This document shows, one piece after another, positions 1 to 10,440 of a stretch of DNA of 64,000 bases. Origin of the DNA: Spirochaetota bacterium. Lineage in GTDB: Bacteria > Spirochaetota > UBA4802 > UBA5550. The position numbers were made by a program, and so were the translations under genes. The DNA lies in contig OY760686.1 in NCBI GenBank assembly GCA_963663865.1, positions 1,888,001-1,952,000 of the forward strand, read 5' to 3'. How positions within the stretch are numbered: the first letter of the stretch is position 1; each line of letters opens with the position of its first letter. The notes under the pieces were generated by a model, which worked only from the letters and a program-made list of their open reading frames with translations, searched no databases and was not told the DNA's origin.

Positions 1-2
1 AT

Positions 3-1727
3 CTGTCCAAAAGGCCGCCTGAAAAGCAGGAAACACCCGGATTTTTCGGGGGGAAGACCAGCGTTCCTGATTTTGAAACCACAATTCCCTACGAAGACAG
101 CACTCTTATAAAAAAGCTTATGGATAAAGGTGTAGTTGTTGAGGGAAAAGATGAAGACGGTTTCTGGCTTAAGGGCCTGCTGAATTTTCTGCCATGGCTT
201 CTATTTTTCGGCTTCATCTGGTTTATTATGATAAGGCAGATACAGTCAAGCGGCAACAAGGCCATGTCGTTTGGAAAAAGCAGGGCTAAGCTGAATTCTG
301 AGCAAAAAACAAAGATTACGTTTGATGACGTTGCTGGAGCTGACGAGGCAAAGCAGGAGCTTCAGGAGATAATAGAGTTTTTGAAAGATCCGAAAAAGTT
401 TTCGAGCATAGGAGCAAAAATTCCAACTGGCGTACTGCTGATGGGCCCTCCGGGGACAGGAAAAACATTGCTTGCAAAGGCAATTGCCGGTGAAGCCGGA
501 GTGCCGTTTTTCTCCATAAGCGGATCGGACTTTGTAGAGATGTTCGTTGGTGTAGGAGCCTCCAGAGTCAGGGATCTTTTTGAGCAGGGAAAGCAGAGCG
601 CTCCATGTATCATTTTTATCGACGAGATTGACGCTGTAGGGCGGCTCAGAGGAGCCGGACTCGGAGGCGGACACGACGAAAGAGAACAGACGCTCAATCA
701 GCTTCTCGTCGAAATGGATGGATTTGAGACAAATGAGGGCGTAATCATTATCGCCGCAACAAACAGAATTGACGTACTCGACCCGGCTCTACTGAGGCCG
801 GGCCGTTTCGACAGACAGGTCGTCGTTGATACGCCTGATATCAAAGGGCGTGAAAAAATTCTGGCAGTACATACGAAAAAGATTCCACTTGAGAGACAGG
901 TTGACCTGAAGGTCATTGCAAGAGGGACTCCCGGTTTTACGGGCGCTGACCTGGCTAACCTTGTTAACGAAGCCGCGCTTCTTGCCGCAAGAAAAAACAA
1001 GAAGAGGGTTTCAATGTCCGACATGGAGGAGGCCAAGGACAAGGTTCTTATGGGGCCTGAAAGAAGGTCAATGCTCATATCAGACAGCGAGAAGAAGGTT
1101 ATTGCATTTCACGAGGCTGGTCACGCTGTTCTCGGTATTTTGACCAGGTCGGACCCAGTACACAAGGTGACCATAATTCCCAGAGGCAGGGCGCTTGGGC
1201 TTACAATGCAGCTTCCGGCAGAGGACAGGTATATTCACACCAGATCGTACTGGATTAACCAGATCAAGGTCCTTTACGGCGGGCATATCGCTGAAAAAAT
1301 CATTTTTAATGAAGTGAGCACCGGGGCCGGCAACGATATTATACGTGCTTCAGATATCGCGAGAAGGATGGTCTGTGAATGGGGGATGAGCACCAAACTC
1401 GGGCCGTTGACTTTTGGCAAAAAGAATGAACAGATATTCTTAGGAAGAGAGATATCGCAGCATCGTGATTACAGTGAGCTGACCGCCGAGCTCATTGACG
1501 CTGAGGTCAAGGACATTGTTGAGACCTCAATGCGTGAAGCTGAAGAAATGCTTAAAAATAATATGAAGCTTTTTACCGGTATGGCTGAAGCTCTCATCGA
1601 ACGTGAAACCCTCAATGCTGAAGAGATCAAGCTTCTGGTTAACGGGGAGCCGCTGCCGCCCCTTCTGAACGGCAAAAAAGAAGAGCAAAAAGAAAATACA
1701 GACGAGCAATTCGATGAGACAGTATAA
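3..1727 (+). CDS. ftsH: ATP-dependent zinc metalloprotease FtsH (5' end outside window)
   Basis: Frame is open from position 3 into the 120..1727 ORF. It has TM2, Walker A GPPGTGKT, Walker B IFIDEID, the SRH ([10 protein letters not shown]) and the HEAGH zinc motif. Confidence 0.98.
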   Translation: MSKRPPEKQETPGFFGGKTSVPDFETTIPYEDSTLIKKLMDKGVVVEGKDEDGFWLKGLLNFLPWLLFFGFIWFIMIRQIQSSGNKAMSFGKSRAKLNSEQKTKITFDDVAGADEAKQELQEIIEFLKDPKKFSSIGAKIPTGVLLMGPPGTGKTLLAKAIAGEAGVPFFSISGSDFVEMFVGVGASRVRDLFEQGKQSAPCIIFIDEIDAVGRLRGAGLGGGHDEREQTLNQLLVEMDGFETNEGVIIIAATNRIDVLDPALLRPGRFDRQVVVDTPDIKGREKILAVHTKKIPLERQVDLKVIARGTPGFTGADLANLVNEAALLAARKNKKRVSMSDMEEAKDKVLMGPERRSMLISDSEKKVIAFHEAGHAVLGILTRSDPVHKVTIIPRGRALGLTMQLPAEDRYIHTRSYWINQIKVLYGGHIAEKIIFNEVSTGAGNDIIRASDIARRMVCEWGMSTKLGPLTFGKKNEQIFLGREISQHRDYSELTAELIDAEVKDIVETSMREAEEMLKNNMKLFTGMAEALIERETLNAEEIKLLVNGEPLPPLLNGKKEEQKENTDEQFDETV

Positions 1728-1754
1728 ATCCTACTCAACGATATCTAATTATTA

Positions 1755-2747
1755 ATGAAGAGGAATGAATTAAACGACATATTGTCTGATCTTTCGGATG
1801 AACCGGGATATCATGCAAGAGGTGTTGAAGAACAATCCGGGCCCGCTAATGATAACATTGAAGACGATGACTCTGCAATGGAATCTGCCGGCGGGATGCC
1901 GAATTCAGATGATTCCGGCTGTGTAGCGGAGGACGATGAAGGCGTCCAGGGCGAATACAGCGAATTTCGATCTGAGAGCGCGGGTCCGCGTGAGTCAATA
2001 TCCCTCCCTGAAAAAAAAGCCGATTCAGAGAACAGGCTCCCGGGCCTTCCGGGAAAAATGCAGTGGAATACGGTAGAACCCTATACTCTTGAGGTCGATG
2101 GGCTTAAACTTCAGAATGATGTCTCAAGGGCATCAAGGATGTTTTATTTTACAGAAAGCTATGATAACGAAACGGATGAAGCCGCCAAAATCAGAAGGGC
2201 AGCGGCTTCTATGTTAAAGAATCAGAGCACGCATAGTATAGAAAAATACAACGAGTATATCCTCAAGGCTGTGTCAGTTATCACAGAAACATTAAAGGAA
2301 TATTTTAATTCCATTGGTGAAGACAGGGATTATCTTGTGTACCATATCGGGCCTCTTACTATTTACAAGATTATTTCAACAGGCATAAAAAAAACATCTG
2401 AATGTTATGTTTACTATTACATATCAGAAGGAAAGATCGCTCGTTTTGTTCCTTTAGAAATGATAAAAAGTGTAGTTAACAGATGGTTCCAGGAAAACAT
2501 CAATAACCTTGGCCTTGATTTTGATGATTCTACGAAATTCGAATCTGTCAAAACTCGTGTACAGAGCTTATATAAAGAGGACGTAAAAAAGCTTCAGAAA
2601 ATTGCGGCTGATGTAACCAGCAAGGGCAGTGGGAAGAAAGTGAATGCTGAAAGTGTTTACGCAATTAAAGGTGAAAGTTTAATAGGTCTGCCTGCAATTG
2701 AGGTGTACAGGCGCTTTATAGGAAATTCTATTTTTAAAAATATTTAA
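1755..2747 (+). CDS. hypothetical protein, acidic low-complexity N-terminus plus folded C-terminal domain
   Basis: 330-aa ORF 27 bp after ftsH; the first ~90 aa are D/E/S-rich; no motif recognised. Confidence 0.75.
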   Translation: MKRNELNDILSDLSDEPGYHARGVEEQSGPANDNIEDDDSAMESAGGMPNSDDSGCVAEDDEGVQGEYSEFRSESAGPRESISLPEKKADSENRLPGLPGKMQWNTVEPYTLEVDGLKLQNDVSRASRMFYFTESYDNETDEAAKIRRAAASMLKNQSTHSIEKYNEYILKAVSVITETLKEYFNSIGEDRDYLVYHIGPLTIYKIISTGIKKTSECYVYYYISEGKIARFVPLEMIKSVVNRWFQENINNLGLDFDDSTKFESVKTRVQSLYKEDVKKLQKIAADVTSKGSGKKVNAESVYAIKGESLIGLPAIEVYRRFIGNSIFKNI

Positions 2748-2753
2748 ACGAGG

Positions 2754-4850
2754 TCAGGACAGAATCTCAAGAATTCTGCTGTGTCTGATAAGCCTTACAT
2801 ACTCTGGAAGATTGCCCGTGTCGTTTTCTGTTTCTTCATGACCGGCTGCGGGAAGACTTTCTGCGAAATCCCGAAAGGCGTTCTGCGCCTCAGTTCTGGC
2901 TGACTGAATTATTTGAGAGTCACTTGCAAGGTCAGTAAACTCAAATTCGGTAGCGCCATGCTGTCTGACTCCGGTGATCTCTCCAGCGCCCCTTAGCATC
3001 AAATCCTCTTCGGCAATCACGAACCCGTCCGTTGTTCTCAGCATCACCTCTATTCGCCTCATGCTTTCAGAAGAAATATCATCAGGATGCAGGAGTACAC
3101 AGAAAGAATCGTAAGTTCCTCTTCCTACTCGGCCTCTAAGCTGATGGAGCTGCGACAGACCGAATCTCTCCGGGTGATGAATAATAATTACATTGGCGTT
3201 GCTGATATCTATTCCAACCTCAATAACGGTCGTTGTTACAAGAATACCTGTTCTGCCTGACTCAAAGTTTTTCATGATAGTTTCTTTTTCAGCTGATTTC
3301 ATCTTTCCGTGGATCATGTCCACTTTGAAATCAGGAAATACAGTCTCCGAGAGGAGCCTGTGAACGCTCTGTGCGGACTTCAAGTCGGTTTTTTCTGAAT
3401 CTTCAACAAGGGGAAGGACATAGTATATCTGTCTTCCCTCTGAAAGATATTTCCGCATTGAGTTGTAAATGGAGTTTATTCTTGATTCTGGAAAAGCGAG
3501 GGTTTTCACAGGCCGTCTGCCTGAAGGTTTCTGCTTTAACACTGATACATCCATATCCCCGAAGAAAGTCATGCATAGAGTCCTTGGAATGGGGGTTGCT
3601 GTCATGACGAGCAAATGTGTTGATTTGCCTTTGCGTCTTAAAGCTGCCCTCTGAGCAACACCGAACCTGTGCTGCTCATCTATTACAGCTAATGAAAGGT
3701 TTTTAAATTCAATATCATCCTGGAACAGGGAATGGGTTCCGACAACGAGGCTTATCTTTCCCGAAGAGAGCCCTTCAAGAACAGCCTTTCTCTCAACAGC
3801 TGGTGTGGATCCTGTTAGCAGGCCGCAAACAGTTTTACCTGGTATTATGGTGTTCATTGTCTGCCAGTGCTGATAAGCTAAAATCTCCGTGGGGGCCATG
3901 AGTGCAGCCTGTGCTCCCGATTCTGAAACCATGAACATTACTGCCGCAGCTACCGCTGTCTTTCCGGATCCTACATCACCCTGAAGAAGGCGGTTCATCG
4001 GATGTCCCGAATTGATATCAGCGCAAATTTCGTTAATTGATCTTATCTGATCACCTGTCAGTTCAAATGGAAGGGAGCGGGTGAAGTTGTGAAAAACCGA
4101 TGTCTTGAGCCCCGGCGTTTGAAATTGCGGAGGGTGATTGTTCTTGAACCTGGAATAAGCGAGGTAGAACTGAAGGAAAAACATTTCATTAAATGCAAGT
4201 CGCTTCCGCGCAATATCTGCTTCAGCGAGAGTTTCCGGAAAGTGGATGTCGCGGACTGCTTTTCGGAGTTCAGGAAGGGAATATCGTTTCAGCATTTCAG
4301 CTGTAAATATTTCATCTAATTCCGCTGAGTACTGTTCTATTGCGCTTTTTATAACTCTGCGAAAACCTCTTGAGTCAAAACCGGCTTTTTTTAGTTTCTC
4401 AGAAGATCTGTAGAGCGGAATTATCCGGGCGGTATTTATAAAACCGGATTCTTCATCGTAAAAGTCAAAGTCGGGATGAAACATCTTTATTCCTGAAGAC
4501 CTTATGATCTTTCCGAAAAATACTACTCTTGTTCCCGGAATAAAAACCCTGCTGAAGTAGGCGAAACCTCCGAAGAAAAGGGCTGTTAAATTTCCGGTCA
4601 TGTCTTCAATGACAACTTCAAGCCTTTTTCTGCCGTACTGTATGTTGCGCACTGAGGAGATTGTGCCGAAAACGGTCACGCTTTCTTCGTGTCCGCACTC
4701 TGAAATTTTTTTTGTCTGAGTTCGGTCAACATATGCCCTTGGCAGATTACATAGAAGATCCTCAACTGTTTTGATTCCAGCTTCGGATTTGAGAACACCT
4801 GACCTGGCCGGGCCTATTCCTTTTATTAGTTCGACAGGCTTTTTCAGCAA
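2754..4850 (-). CDS. recG: ATP-dependent DNA helicase RecG
   Basis: N-terminal wedge/OB region, MNRLLQGDVGSGKT, DEQHRFG, MTATPIPRT and QLHQLRGRVGRG. TTG start with a GGAGG RBS. Confidence 0.97.
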   Translation of the reverse strand: MLKKPVELIKGIGPARSGVLKSEAGIKTVEDLLCNLPRAYVDRTQTKKISECGHEESVTVFGTISSVRNIQYGRKRLEVVIEDMTGNLTALFFGGFAYFSRVFIPGTRVVFFGKIIRSSGIKMFHPDFDFYDEESGFINTARIIPLYRSSEKLKKAGFDSRGFRRVIKSAIEQYSAELDEIFTAEMLKRYSLPELRKAVRDIHFPETLAEADIARKRLAFNEMFFLQFYLAYSRFKNNHPPQFQTPGLKTSVFHNFTRSLPFELTGDQIRSINEICADINSGHPMNRLLQGDVGSGKTAVAAAVMFMVSESGAQAALMAPTEILAYQHWQTMNTIIPGKTVCGLLTGSTPAVERKAVLEGLSSGKISLVVGTHSLFQDDIEFKNLSLAVIDEQHRFGVAQRAALRRKGKSTHLLVMTATPIPRTLCMTFFGDMDVSVLKQKPSGRRPVKTLAFPESRINSIYNSMRKYLSEGRQIYYVLPLVEDSEKTDLKSAQSVHRLLSETVFPDFKVDMIHGKMKSAEKETIMKNFESGRTGILVTTTVIEVGIDISNANVIIIHHPERFGLSQLHQLRGRVGRGTYDSFCVLLHPDDISSESMRRIEVMLRTTDGFVIAEEDLMLRGAGEITGVRQHGATEFEFTDLASDSQIIQSARTEAQNAFRDFAESLPAAGHEETENDTGNLPEYVRLIRHSRILEILS

Positions 4851-4902
4851 AGGGGGATTACCTCCGAGTAAAAGCTTCCGGGAATGCAGGATTTAATGAA
4901 AT

Positions 4903-4930
4903 AAAAAAAGGAACCTTTAACAGGTCCCTT
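4903..4930 (-). terminator. intrinsic terminator of the tRNA pair
   Basis: Minus strand reads AAGGGACCT-GTTAA-AGGTTCCTT followed by a T-run. Confidence 0.75.
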
Positions 4931-4934
4931 TATG

Positions 4935-5016
4935 TGGTGAGGGGTGGAGTCGAACCACCGAAGGCTACGCCGACAGATTTACAGTCTGTTCCCTTTGGCC
5001 ACTCGGGAACCTCACC
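4935..5016 (-). tRNA. tRNA-Tyr(GTA)
   Basis: Reverse complement GGTGAGGTTCCCGAGTGGCCAAAGGGAACAGACT-GTA-AATCTGTCGGCGTAGCCTTCGGTGGTTCGACTCCACCCCTCACCA; long variable arm; CCA not encoded. Confidence 0.97.
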
Positions 5017-5021
5017 TGATG

Positions 5022-5094
5022 AGCTGGCGAGAGGAATTGAACCCCCAACAAACTGATTACAAATCAGTTGCTCTACCGATTGAGCTACGCCAGC
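5022..5094 (-). tRNA. tRNA-Thr(TGT)
   Basis: Reverse complement GCTGGCGTAGCTCAATCGGTAGAGCAACTGATT-TGT-AATCAGTTTGTTGGGGGTTCAATTCCTCTCGCCAGCT. Confidence 0.97.
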
Positions 5095-5273
5095 ATTATT
5101 TTCTTGCTGATAAATACATAAAAGCTTCATCAGGAAAATCTGTCAATAAAAAACCGAAACTTTATCAGGCCTTTGAAACAATTTTTTTCAAAGACAGATT
5201 CTGTTTACTGGGATGCCGGGTGGGGGAAATAAAAATATTGACTTAAAATCGCAAAACTAATAAAAAAAAAGAA

Positions 5274-5912
5274 ATGGAGAAAATTATGTTTTTTAGATCA
5301 CGTTCGGGTACAGCCCGGCTCTTCGGCCTTTTTGAAAAACTGATGATCAAAACAGAACAGTGTGGCGATTACTTTAGAAAGGTTATAAACACCGGGGATG
5401 TTTCAGATAATGAATTAAAGAAGATGCGGGACTATGAGCATGAATGTGACCGCATAACCTACAGTATTATTGAGGCCCTTAACACACGTATCAGGTTGCC
5501 CTTTGCTGTTGAGACAATGCATACACTGGCACATGAAATAGACAATATTGTCGATTCAATCTATGCAGTGATTAAGCGAATAAAACTCTATAAAATGAAA
5601 ACAGACACAAAAGATCTGATGGATTTTGCCGACATTGTAGTTCAGACAATCGAATCAGCCGGGAAGGCTGTTAATGGATTGGGTGGCACTGCCGATAATC
5701 GGTCGGTTCAGGGGGCATGTAAAAAAGTTACTGTTCTCAAAAATGCCGGCGATCAGCTCAGGGACACAATGACTGAACGCCTTTTCAGCAAGACAAAGGA
5801 TCCAATACGAATTATACAGAGTAAAGAGGTTTACGAGGGCGTTGATTCTATTCTTGATGCTGCTGAAAGGGTGACCAGAACGGTTGAATCAATCCTTTTG
5901 AGAAAAGGCTGA
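5274..5912 (+). CDS. DUF47 family (PhoU-like) phosphate transport regulator
   Basis: Helical protein with EHECD..T..I...LN, LAHEIDNIVD, GDQL and KEVYE..D...DAAE motifs. The real start may be ATG 5286, after GGAG. Confidence 0.8.
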   Translation: MEKIMFFRSRSGTARLFGLFEKLMIKTEQCGDYFRKVINTGDVSDNELKKMRDYEHECDRITYSIIEALNTRIRLPFAVETMHTLAHEIDNIVDSIYAVIKRIKLYKMKTDTKDLMDFADIVVQTIESAGKAVNGLGGTADNRSVQGACKKVTVLKNAGDQLRDTMTERLFSKTKDPIRIIQSKEVYEGVDSILDAAERVTRTVESILLRKG

Positions 5913-5949
5913 TTCTTTTCCTTCCAAATTAACTTTTGCGGGTGGGCAG

Positions 5950-6396
5950 GTGATATTATTTCTGTTGTCATTGCTCTTTTGTTCATTTATAGTCCATTTT
6001 TTTTCTATATTCAGGATGATAAACCGCAAGACGTCCCTGTATGTAAAGCTTTTCCTGATTTCCGGTTTATTCAATATCTCCATTAGCGGTTTGTTAATCG
6101 CATTAATTCTAAACAGGCCAGCTTTATTGAATGATATATCGGCGGTAGGGGTGAAATTCTGTCTTTCGGGTACCGTATTTGGGCTGTCACTTTCAATAAA
6201 GCTAAAGATATTGTTATCAATTTTTCGAAGAACTCGCGATCCACGCAATTATCATCTCAATTTTTTTGGGAAAAAGGTCCTTCACTCTTCTGTGGTTAGG
6301 GCGTCTGAAATAGTCCTCTTTTTTCTCATGATGCCATTCTTCCTCATCGCTGGTTCATACTTTGTAGCTTCGATAATAAACATCTTAAATGATTAA
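5950..6396 (+). CDS. hypothetical membrane protein (~4 TM)
   Basis: Four hydrophobic segments; polar loop RRTRDPRNYHLNFFGKKV. Confidence 0.7.
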   Translation: MILFLLSLLFCSFIVHFFSIFRMINRKTSLYVKLFLISGLFNISISGLLIALILNRPALLNDISAVGVKFCLSGTVFGLSLSIKLKILLSIFRRTRDPRNYHLNFFGKKVLHSSVVRASEIVLFFLMMPFFLIAGSYFVASIINILND

Positions 6397-6513
6397 GAGA
6401 AAAATCTGTGCTAAATAAATCTAAGATGACGTACTTCCCAAATTAAAAAGATTATAATAGCTTGAATTTTTTTGCAATATGTAGTATTAAATATATATAT
6501 CTGGAGGTAATCC

Positions 6514-7539
6514 ATGGCACCAGTATTCGGAGCAGATATTGAAAAATTGAAACTGGAAGGGAATAGAGAGGCCTTGATTCGGCTCCTGACAACAAGGAAG
6601 ACGTCAAAAAAGCTAAAAATCATGAAAGCCTTAACGGATTTACTGCCCGATACGAAGATAGTAGAGGCGGTTAAACCTCTGTTTTATGACGAGGACAGAA
6701 GCGTAAGAATAGCGGCAATGACGATGCTGTCCGATTCGTACACTCCGGAACTTGATAAAGATTTGAAAATTCTTCTAAGTGAGGGTACACTCGCAGAAAA
6801 AATCGAAATGCTTAGAATGTTCACTGATAAGCCTGAAATATTCAGGGACAATGTCAGTGCGTTGCTGGCCATTGCTGTTGCTGACAGGAGCGAGCCTGTC
6901 AAAATTGAAGCGCTTAAAATCGCAGCTGCGTTCAGGGAAAAGGGCCTCAGAGAAATCATGATTCCCGGGTTGGGTCACCGTAACCATTCTGTAAGGAAGA
7001 CAACACTGGCCGCCATTGGTTCTCTTGGCGACGAACGTGACGTGGATATGATTGTGGGACTCCTGATAGACAGCCACCCTGAAGTCAGAGCAGCGGCCCG
7101 CGATGTCCTCGGCAATATGAAATCAGATAGGGCAAAAAGCGCTTATTCAAATTCACGTTTAACTATTCTTGCAAAGAAAATGAGAGAATCATGTCTTGCC
7201 CGGCAGGAAGCGCTTCAGGAGATCGCGCGTCACAAATTAACCGAAGCAAGGGGTCTTGCTGAAAGGTCAGTTCATGACAGATACAAAACAGTAAGAATAC
7301 AGGCCGTGAAGACCATTGGCGAACTTGGAACCATTGAGTCACTGCACGCGCTCAAGGAAGCCTTGAACGACAAATACTGGGACGTGAGGCTTGAGGCGGT
7401 AATTGCGCTTGAGCGCTTCATGTTCAGAGAAAGCCTTGAAGTTCTTAAGACGGCTCTGGAAGACAGGAATTCCAATGTCCGGGCAAGGGCTTCCAGGGCT
7501 GTTCAATCAATATCTGAAAGGCTTGAGAGGTTTAAGTAA
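6514..7539 (+). CDS. HEAT/PBS-lyase repeat protein
   Basis: Repeated L.D....VR..A...LG motifs; GGAGG RBS. Confidence 0.85.
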   Translation: MAPVFGADIEKLKLEGNREALIRLLTTRKTSKKLKIMKALTDLLPDTKIVEAVKPLFYDEDRSVRIAAMTMLSDSYTPELDKDLKILLSEGTLAEKIEMLRMFTDKPEIFRDNVSALLAIAVADRSEPVKIEALKIAAAFREKGLREIMIPGLGHRNHSVRKTTLAAIGSLGDERDVDMIVGLLIDSHPEVRAAARDVLGNMKSDRAKSAYSNSRLTILAKKMRESCLARQEALQEIARHKLTEARGLAERSVHDRYKTVRIQAVKTIGELGTIESLHALKEALNDKYWDVRLEAVIALERFMFRESLEVLKTALEDRNSNVRARASRAVQSISERLERFK

Positions 7540-7542
7540 GTT

Positions 7543-8409
7543 TTATAGACGGCAGTTCTTGACTTCGGTCTCAATTATAGCCGTGGCACCGAGTTCCTCC
7601 AGCTGGTCCATCACCTGAACTGTGTCTTTTTTTAGAACCATGACTTTGACGGCAAGCCATCCTTCCTGGTCGAGCTCTGATACAGTGGGGGACTCAAAGC
7701 CTGGGGTAATCTTTTCAGCCTGCTTGAGGAGATCTTTTTTGATATTGTACTCAAGAATGCTGTACTTCTGGGCAATAAGAATACCTTCAATTCTTCGTAG
7801 TATTTGAGCAACTCTATTGTCATTTATGACGTTTTTATTTCCGATCAGCGCTGTTTCGTACGAACCTATGTCGCAGAAAACCCTGAGGTTGTTATCACGC
7901 AGACTGTCGCCTGTCTCAACTATATCTACTATGGCGTCTGCCAGGTTGAGTCCGACCATTATCTCAACGGAGCCGTTCATCTCTACGCAGCGGACATCTA
8001 TGCCTTTTGTTCTGAAGAATGCGTCTGTCATGTTGACGAAAGAGGTCGCTATTGTTTTTCCCCTGAAGTCCTCAAGAGAGGTGCTTCCGCAGCTGTCCTT
8101 AACTGCAACACATAGCCTGCATTTTCCGTATCCGAGGGCCATAAGCTTGCTTATGTCTGCCTTTCTTTCTTCAACAAGGTCTTCTCCGGTGATACCCAGA
8201 TCAACTACTCCAGATTCTACAAGTACAGGAATATCATCGGCTCTGACAAATATGAAGATTATATCCGCGTTGGTGCATGTCGCGTATAGATTTCGTCCCT
8301 TGGCTCTGAACTTGTATCCGGCTCGTTGCAGCAGTTCGCTTGTCGGCTCCATAAGCCTGCCTTTTGCAGGTATGGCGAATCTGAGTTTTCCCGGTTCCAA
8401 TAGATTCAT
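7543..8409 (-). CDS. hisG: ATP phosphoribosyltransferase (long form)
   Basis: AIPAKGRL, RADDIP, GSVE, DAIVDIVETGDSLRDNNL and the C-terminal regulatory domain (TPGFESPTVSEL). Confidence 0.96.
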   Translation of the reverse strand: MNLLEPGKLRFAIPAKGRLMEPTSELLQRAGYKFRAKGRNLYATCTNADIIFIFVRADDIPVLVESGVVDLGITGEDLVEERKADISKLMALGYGKCRLCVAVKDSCGSTSLEDFRGKTIATSFVNMTDAFFRTKGIDVRCVEMNGSVEIMVGLNLADAIVDIVETGDSLRDNNLRVFCDIGSYETALIGNKNVINDNRVAQILRRIEGILIAQKYSILEYNIKKDLLKQAEKITPGFESPTVSELDQEGWLAVKVMVLKKDTVQVMDQLEELGATAIIETEVKNCRL

Positions 8410-8729
8410 TTTTTCCTCCCGGCTTTTTCAGTAATACCGCTGGTTCCGAAACGTCTTTCGAGCTCGTCTCTTATCTCGGCAAGAGTAATGTTTTTATATC
8501 CGGCGAGAACAAATGTATGAAAAATTAAATCGCATATTTCGTATATAATGTGATCGTGATCATCCTCAAGAGCGGCTTCGCATACCTCTGAAGCTTCTTC
8601 AGTAATTTTGCTGTTGATTTTATCGGTTCCTTTCCGGAAAAGAGATGCGACATACGATTTTTCCGGATCTGATTCCTTTCTCTGTTTGATAATTTCAAAA
8701 AGTCGATCGAATATGTCCTGATTGTTCAT
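8406..8729 (-). CDS. hisE: phosphoribosyl-ATP diphosphatase
   Basis: SYVASLF..G...I..KITEEASE and YEICDLIFH motifs; overlaps the hisG start by 4 bp. Confidence 0.94.
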   Translation of the reverse strand: MNNQDIFDRLFEIIKQRKESDPEKSYVASLFRKGTDKINSKITEEASEVCEAALEDDHDHIIYEICDLIFHTFVLAGYKNITLAEIRDELERRFGTSGITEKAGRKK

Positions 8730-8866
8730 TCATTTGCCTCATTTTAGTATTCAATTTTATTTTTGATTTCTATAAGTCAAGGATTTATTGTTTGACTGCT
8801 CCTTGCGGTGTATCATTTAAAAAATGTTTGACTCATATATCAGCATAAAATCACTTGATATGTTTA

Positions 8867-8875
8867 TGGTATAAT
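8867..8875 (+). promoter_or_regulatory. extended -10 sigma70 promoter for tig-clpP-clpX-lon
   Basis: TG-G-TATAAT is a perfect extended -10 element. Confidence 0.6.
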
Positions 8876-9000
8876 TGAAATCCGGGTTGTCATAATGTAT
8901 CTTTTTTGATACAGATGAAGGTGACAGCGCGGAGCAGACTGTTGTTAAATATTGTATAAATACTGGATATTCCAGAAAATAATATGAGAGGTTTACCGTT

Positions 9001-10353
9001 TTGAATATTACAGAAAAAAAACTTGAGGATTCTCAGATTGAGCTTACAATCAGTGTTGATTCGGACGCTGTTGAAGAAGAATATAAAAACGTTTTCAAAA
9101 AAATAATGAAAACAGCCAGGATTGACGGTTTTCGCCCTGGCAAGGCTCCGCTCGCCCTTGTTGAGAAAAAATACTCCGAATATGCCGACGGAGAGGTGGC
9201 TGAGAATATCATGCGGAAAAAACTCGCGGATGCGATTGAAGAGAAATCGCTGAGGCCGGTTTCAGCCCCCGGATATAGCTTCAACGGTATAACACGCGGT
9301 GAACCATTCAGTTATTCGGCAATTATCGAGCTTTTTCCGACCGTTCAGCTCGGAAAGTATAAGGATGTTGCTGTAGAAGAAAAATCCTGCAATGTGACTG
9401 ACAAGGATATTACAGTTGAGATTGACAATCTGCGTGAGAGATTCGCGGAAACAGTTAAACTTGACGATGCAACGGCAGTAGAAAAAGGGAATCTTGTGAA
9501 GGTTCAGGTTCAAAGATTGTCTGGAGATGATGAAGAAGCGTCTGAAGCTCCTGGAGAATACGATGTTGTTGTTGGAAAATCTGAAGACGAATACTCCCTT
9601 GATAAACATCTTCCGGGCATGAAAACAGGTGAAGACAAGGAAATTGATGTAAAATATCCAAAGGATTACAGGGTTCAGGAGCTTGCCGGAAAAAAGGTAA
9701 AGTACAGCATTAAAGTTCTTCAAGTGAGCAAAATGGATATCCCCGAGCTGACAGATGAACTCGCGGTGAAGGCGGGTTTCACTTCTGCTGAGGAGCTGAC
9801 AAATAAGGTAAAAGAAAATGTTGATTCCTACGTTAAAAACAGAACAGTAGGTGACGCAAAAGCAGAGATTATTGAAGCTGTAATCAAAGACAGTTCGTTC
9901 GATATTCCCAAAAGTTTTATTGAGAAAGAAATATCAGCTGTACATTACAGGTCACAGGAGAGAATCTCCAGAAGAATGGGAGTGCCTCTTGATCGTCTGA
10001 GAGAACTCAATATTGATGTTTTCGCAAGTCTGATGGGGTTGGAACCTGACGAGTATAAAGCCAGGCTTAAAGAGGAAGCTCTCATGTCTATTAAATCACA
10101 GCTTGTTATTTCTGAGATTTCAAAGGCTGAGGGAATGAAACTTGAAGAAAAACGCTTCGAGGATTTTGTGGAAAAATATACAAAATCCTCAGGAATGAGC
10201 GCTGATGAAGTCAAGGATATAATAGAAAAAAACAACTCGAGAGAAAATATTGAAGCCGACTTGATGATTGAACAGGTGATGGATTTTCTCTACGAAAATG
10301 CCAAAGTTAAAAAATTGAAGCCTGTTTCTGTTGAAGTTCTTTCAAAGTCCTGA
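9001..10353 (+). CDS. tig: trigger factor
   Basis: Ribosome-binding signature IDGFRPGKAP and an FKBP-like middle domain; precedes clpP. Confidence 0.95.
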   Translation: MNITEKKLEDSQIELTISVDSDAVEEEYKNVFKKIMKTARIDGFRPGKAPLALVEKKYSEYADGEVAENIMRKKLADAIEEKSLRPVSAPGYSFNGITRGEPFSYSAIIELFPTVQLGKYKDVAVEEKSCNVTDKDITVEIDNLRERFAETVKLDDATAVEKGNLVKVQVQRLSGDDEEASEAPGEYDVVVGKSEDEYSLDKHLPGMKTGEDKEIDVKYPKDYRVQELAGKKVKYSIKVLQVSKMDIPELTDELAVKAGFTSAEELTNKVKENVDSYVKNRTVGDAKAEIIEAVIKDSSFDIPKSFIEKEISAVHYRSQERISRRMGVPLDRLRELNIDVFASLMGLEPDEYKARLKEEALMSIKSQLVISEISKAEGMKLEEKRFEDFVEKYTKSSGMSADEVKDIIEKNNSRENIEADLMIEQVMDFLYENAKVKKLKPVSVEVLSKS

Positions 10354-10440
10354 TATTTTTTATGAACAGTCTGTTTTTTGCAAAGGGAGCCGGTATTCCG
10401 TGCCGATTTTAGAAATATAGTCATAATATGAGGTTAAATA

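Noticed and set aside
4851-4935. tRNA 3' end as a possible integration site
   Set aside because: No integrase and no duplicated tRNA end seen; recG follows directly.
4930-5246. ORFs 4930..5130(-) and 4944..5246(+)
   Set aside because: They are translations of the tRNA-Thr/tRNA-Tyr genes.
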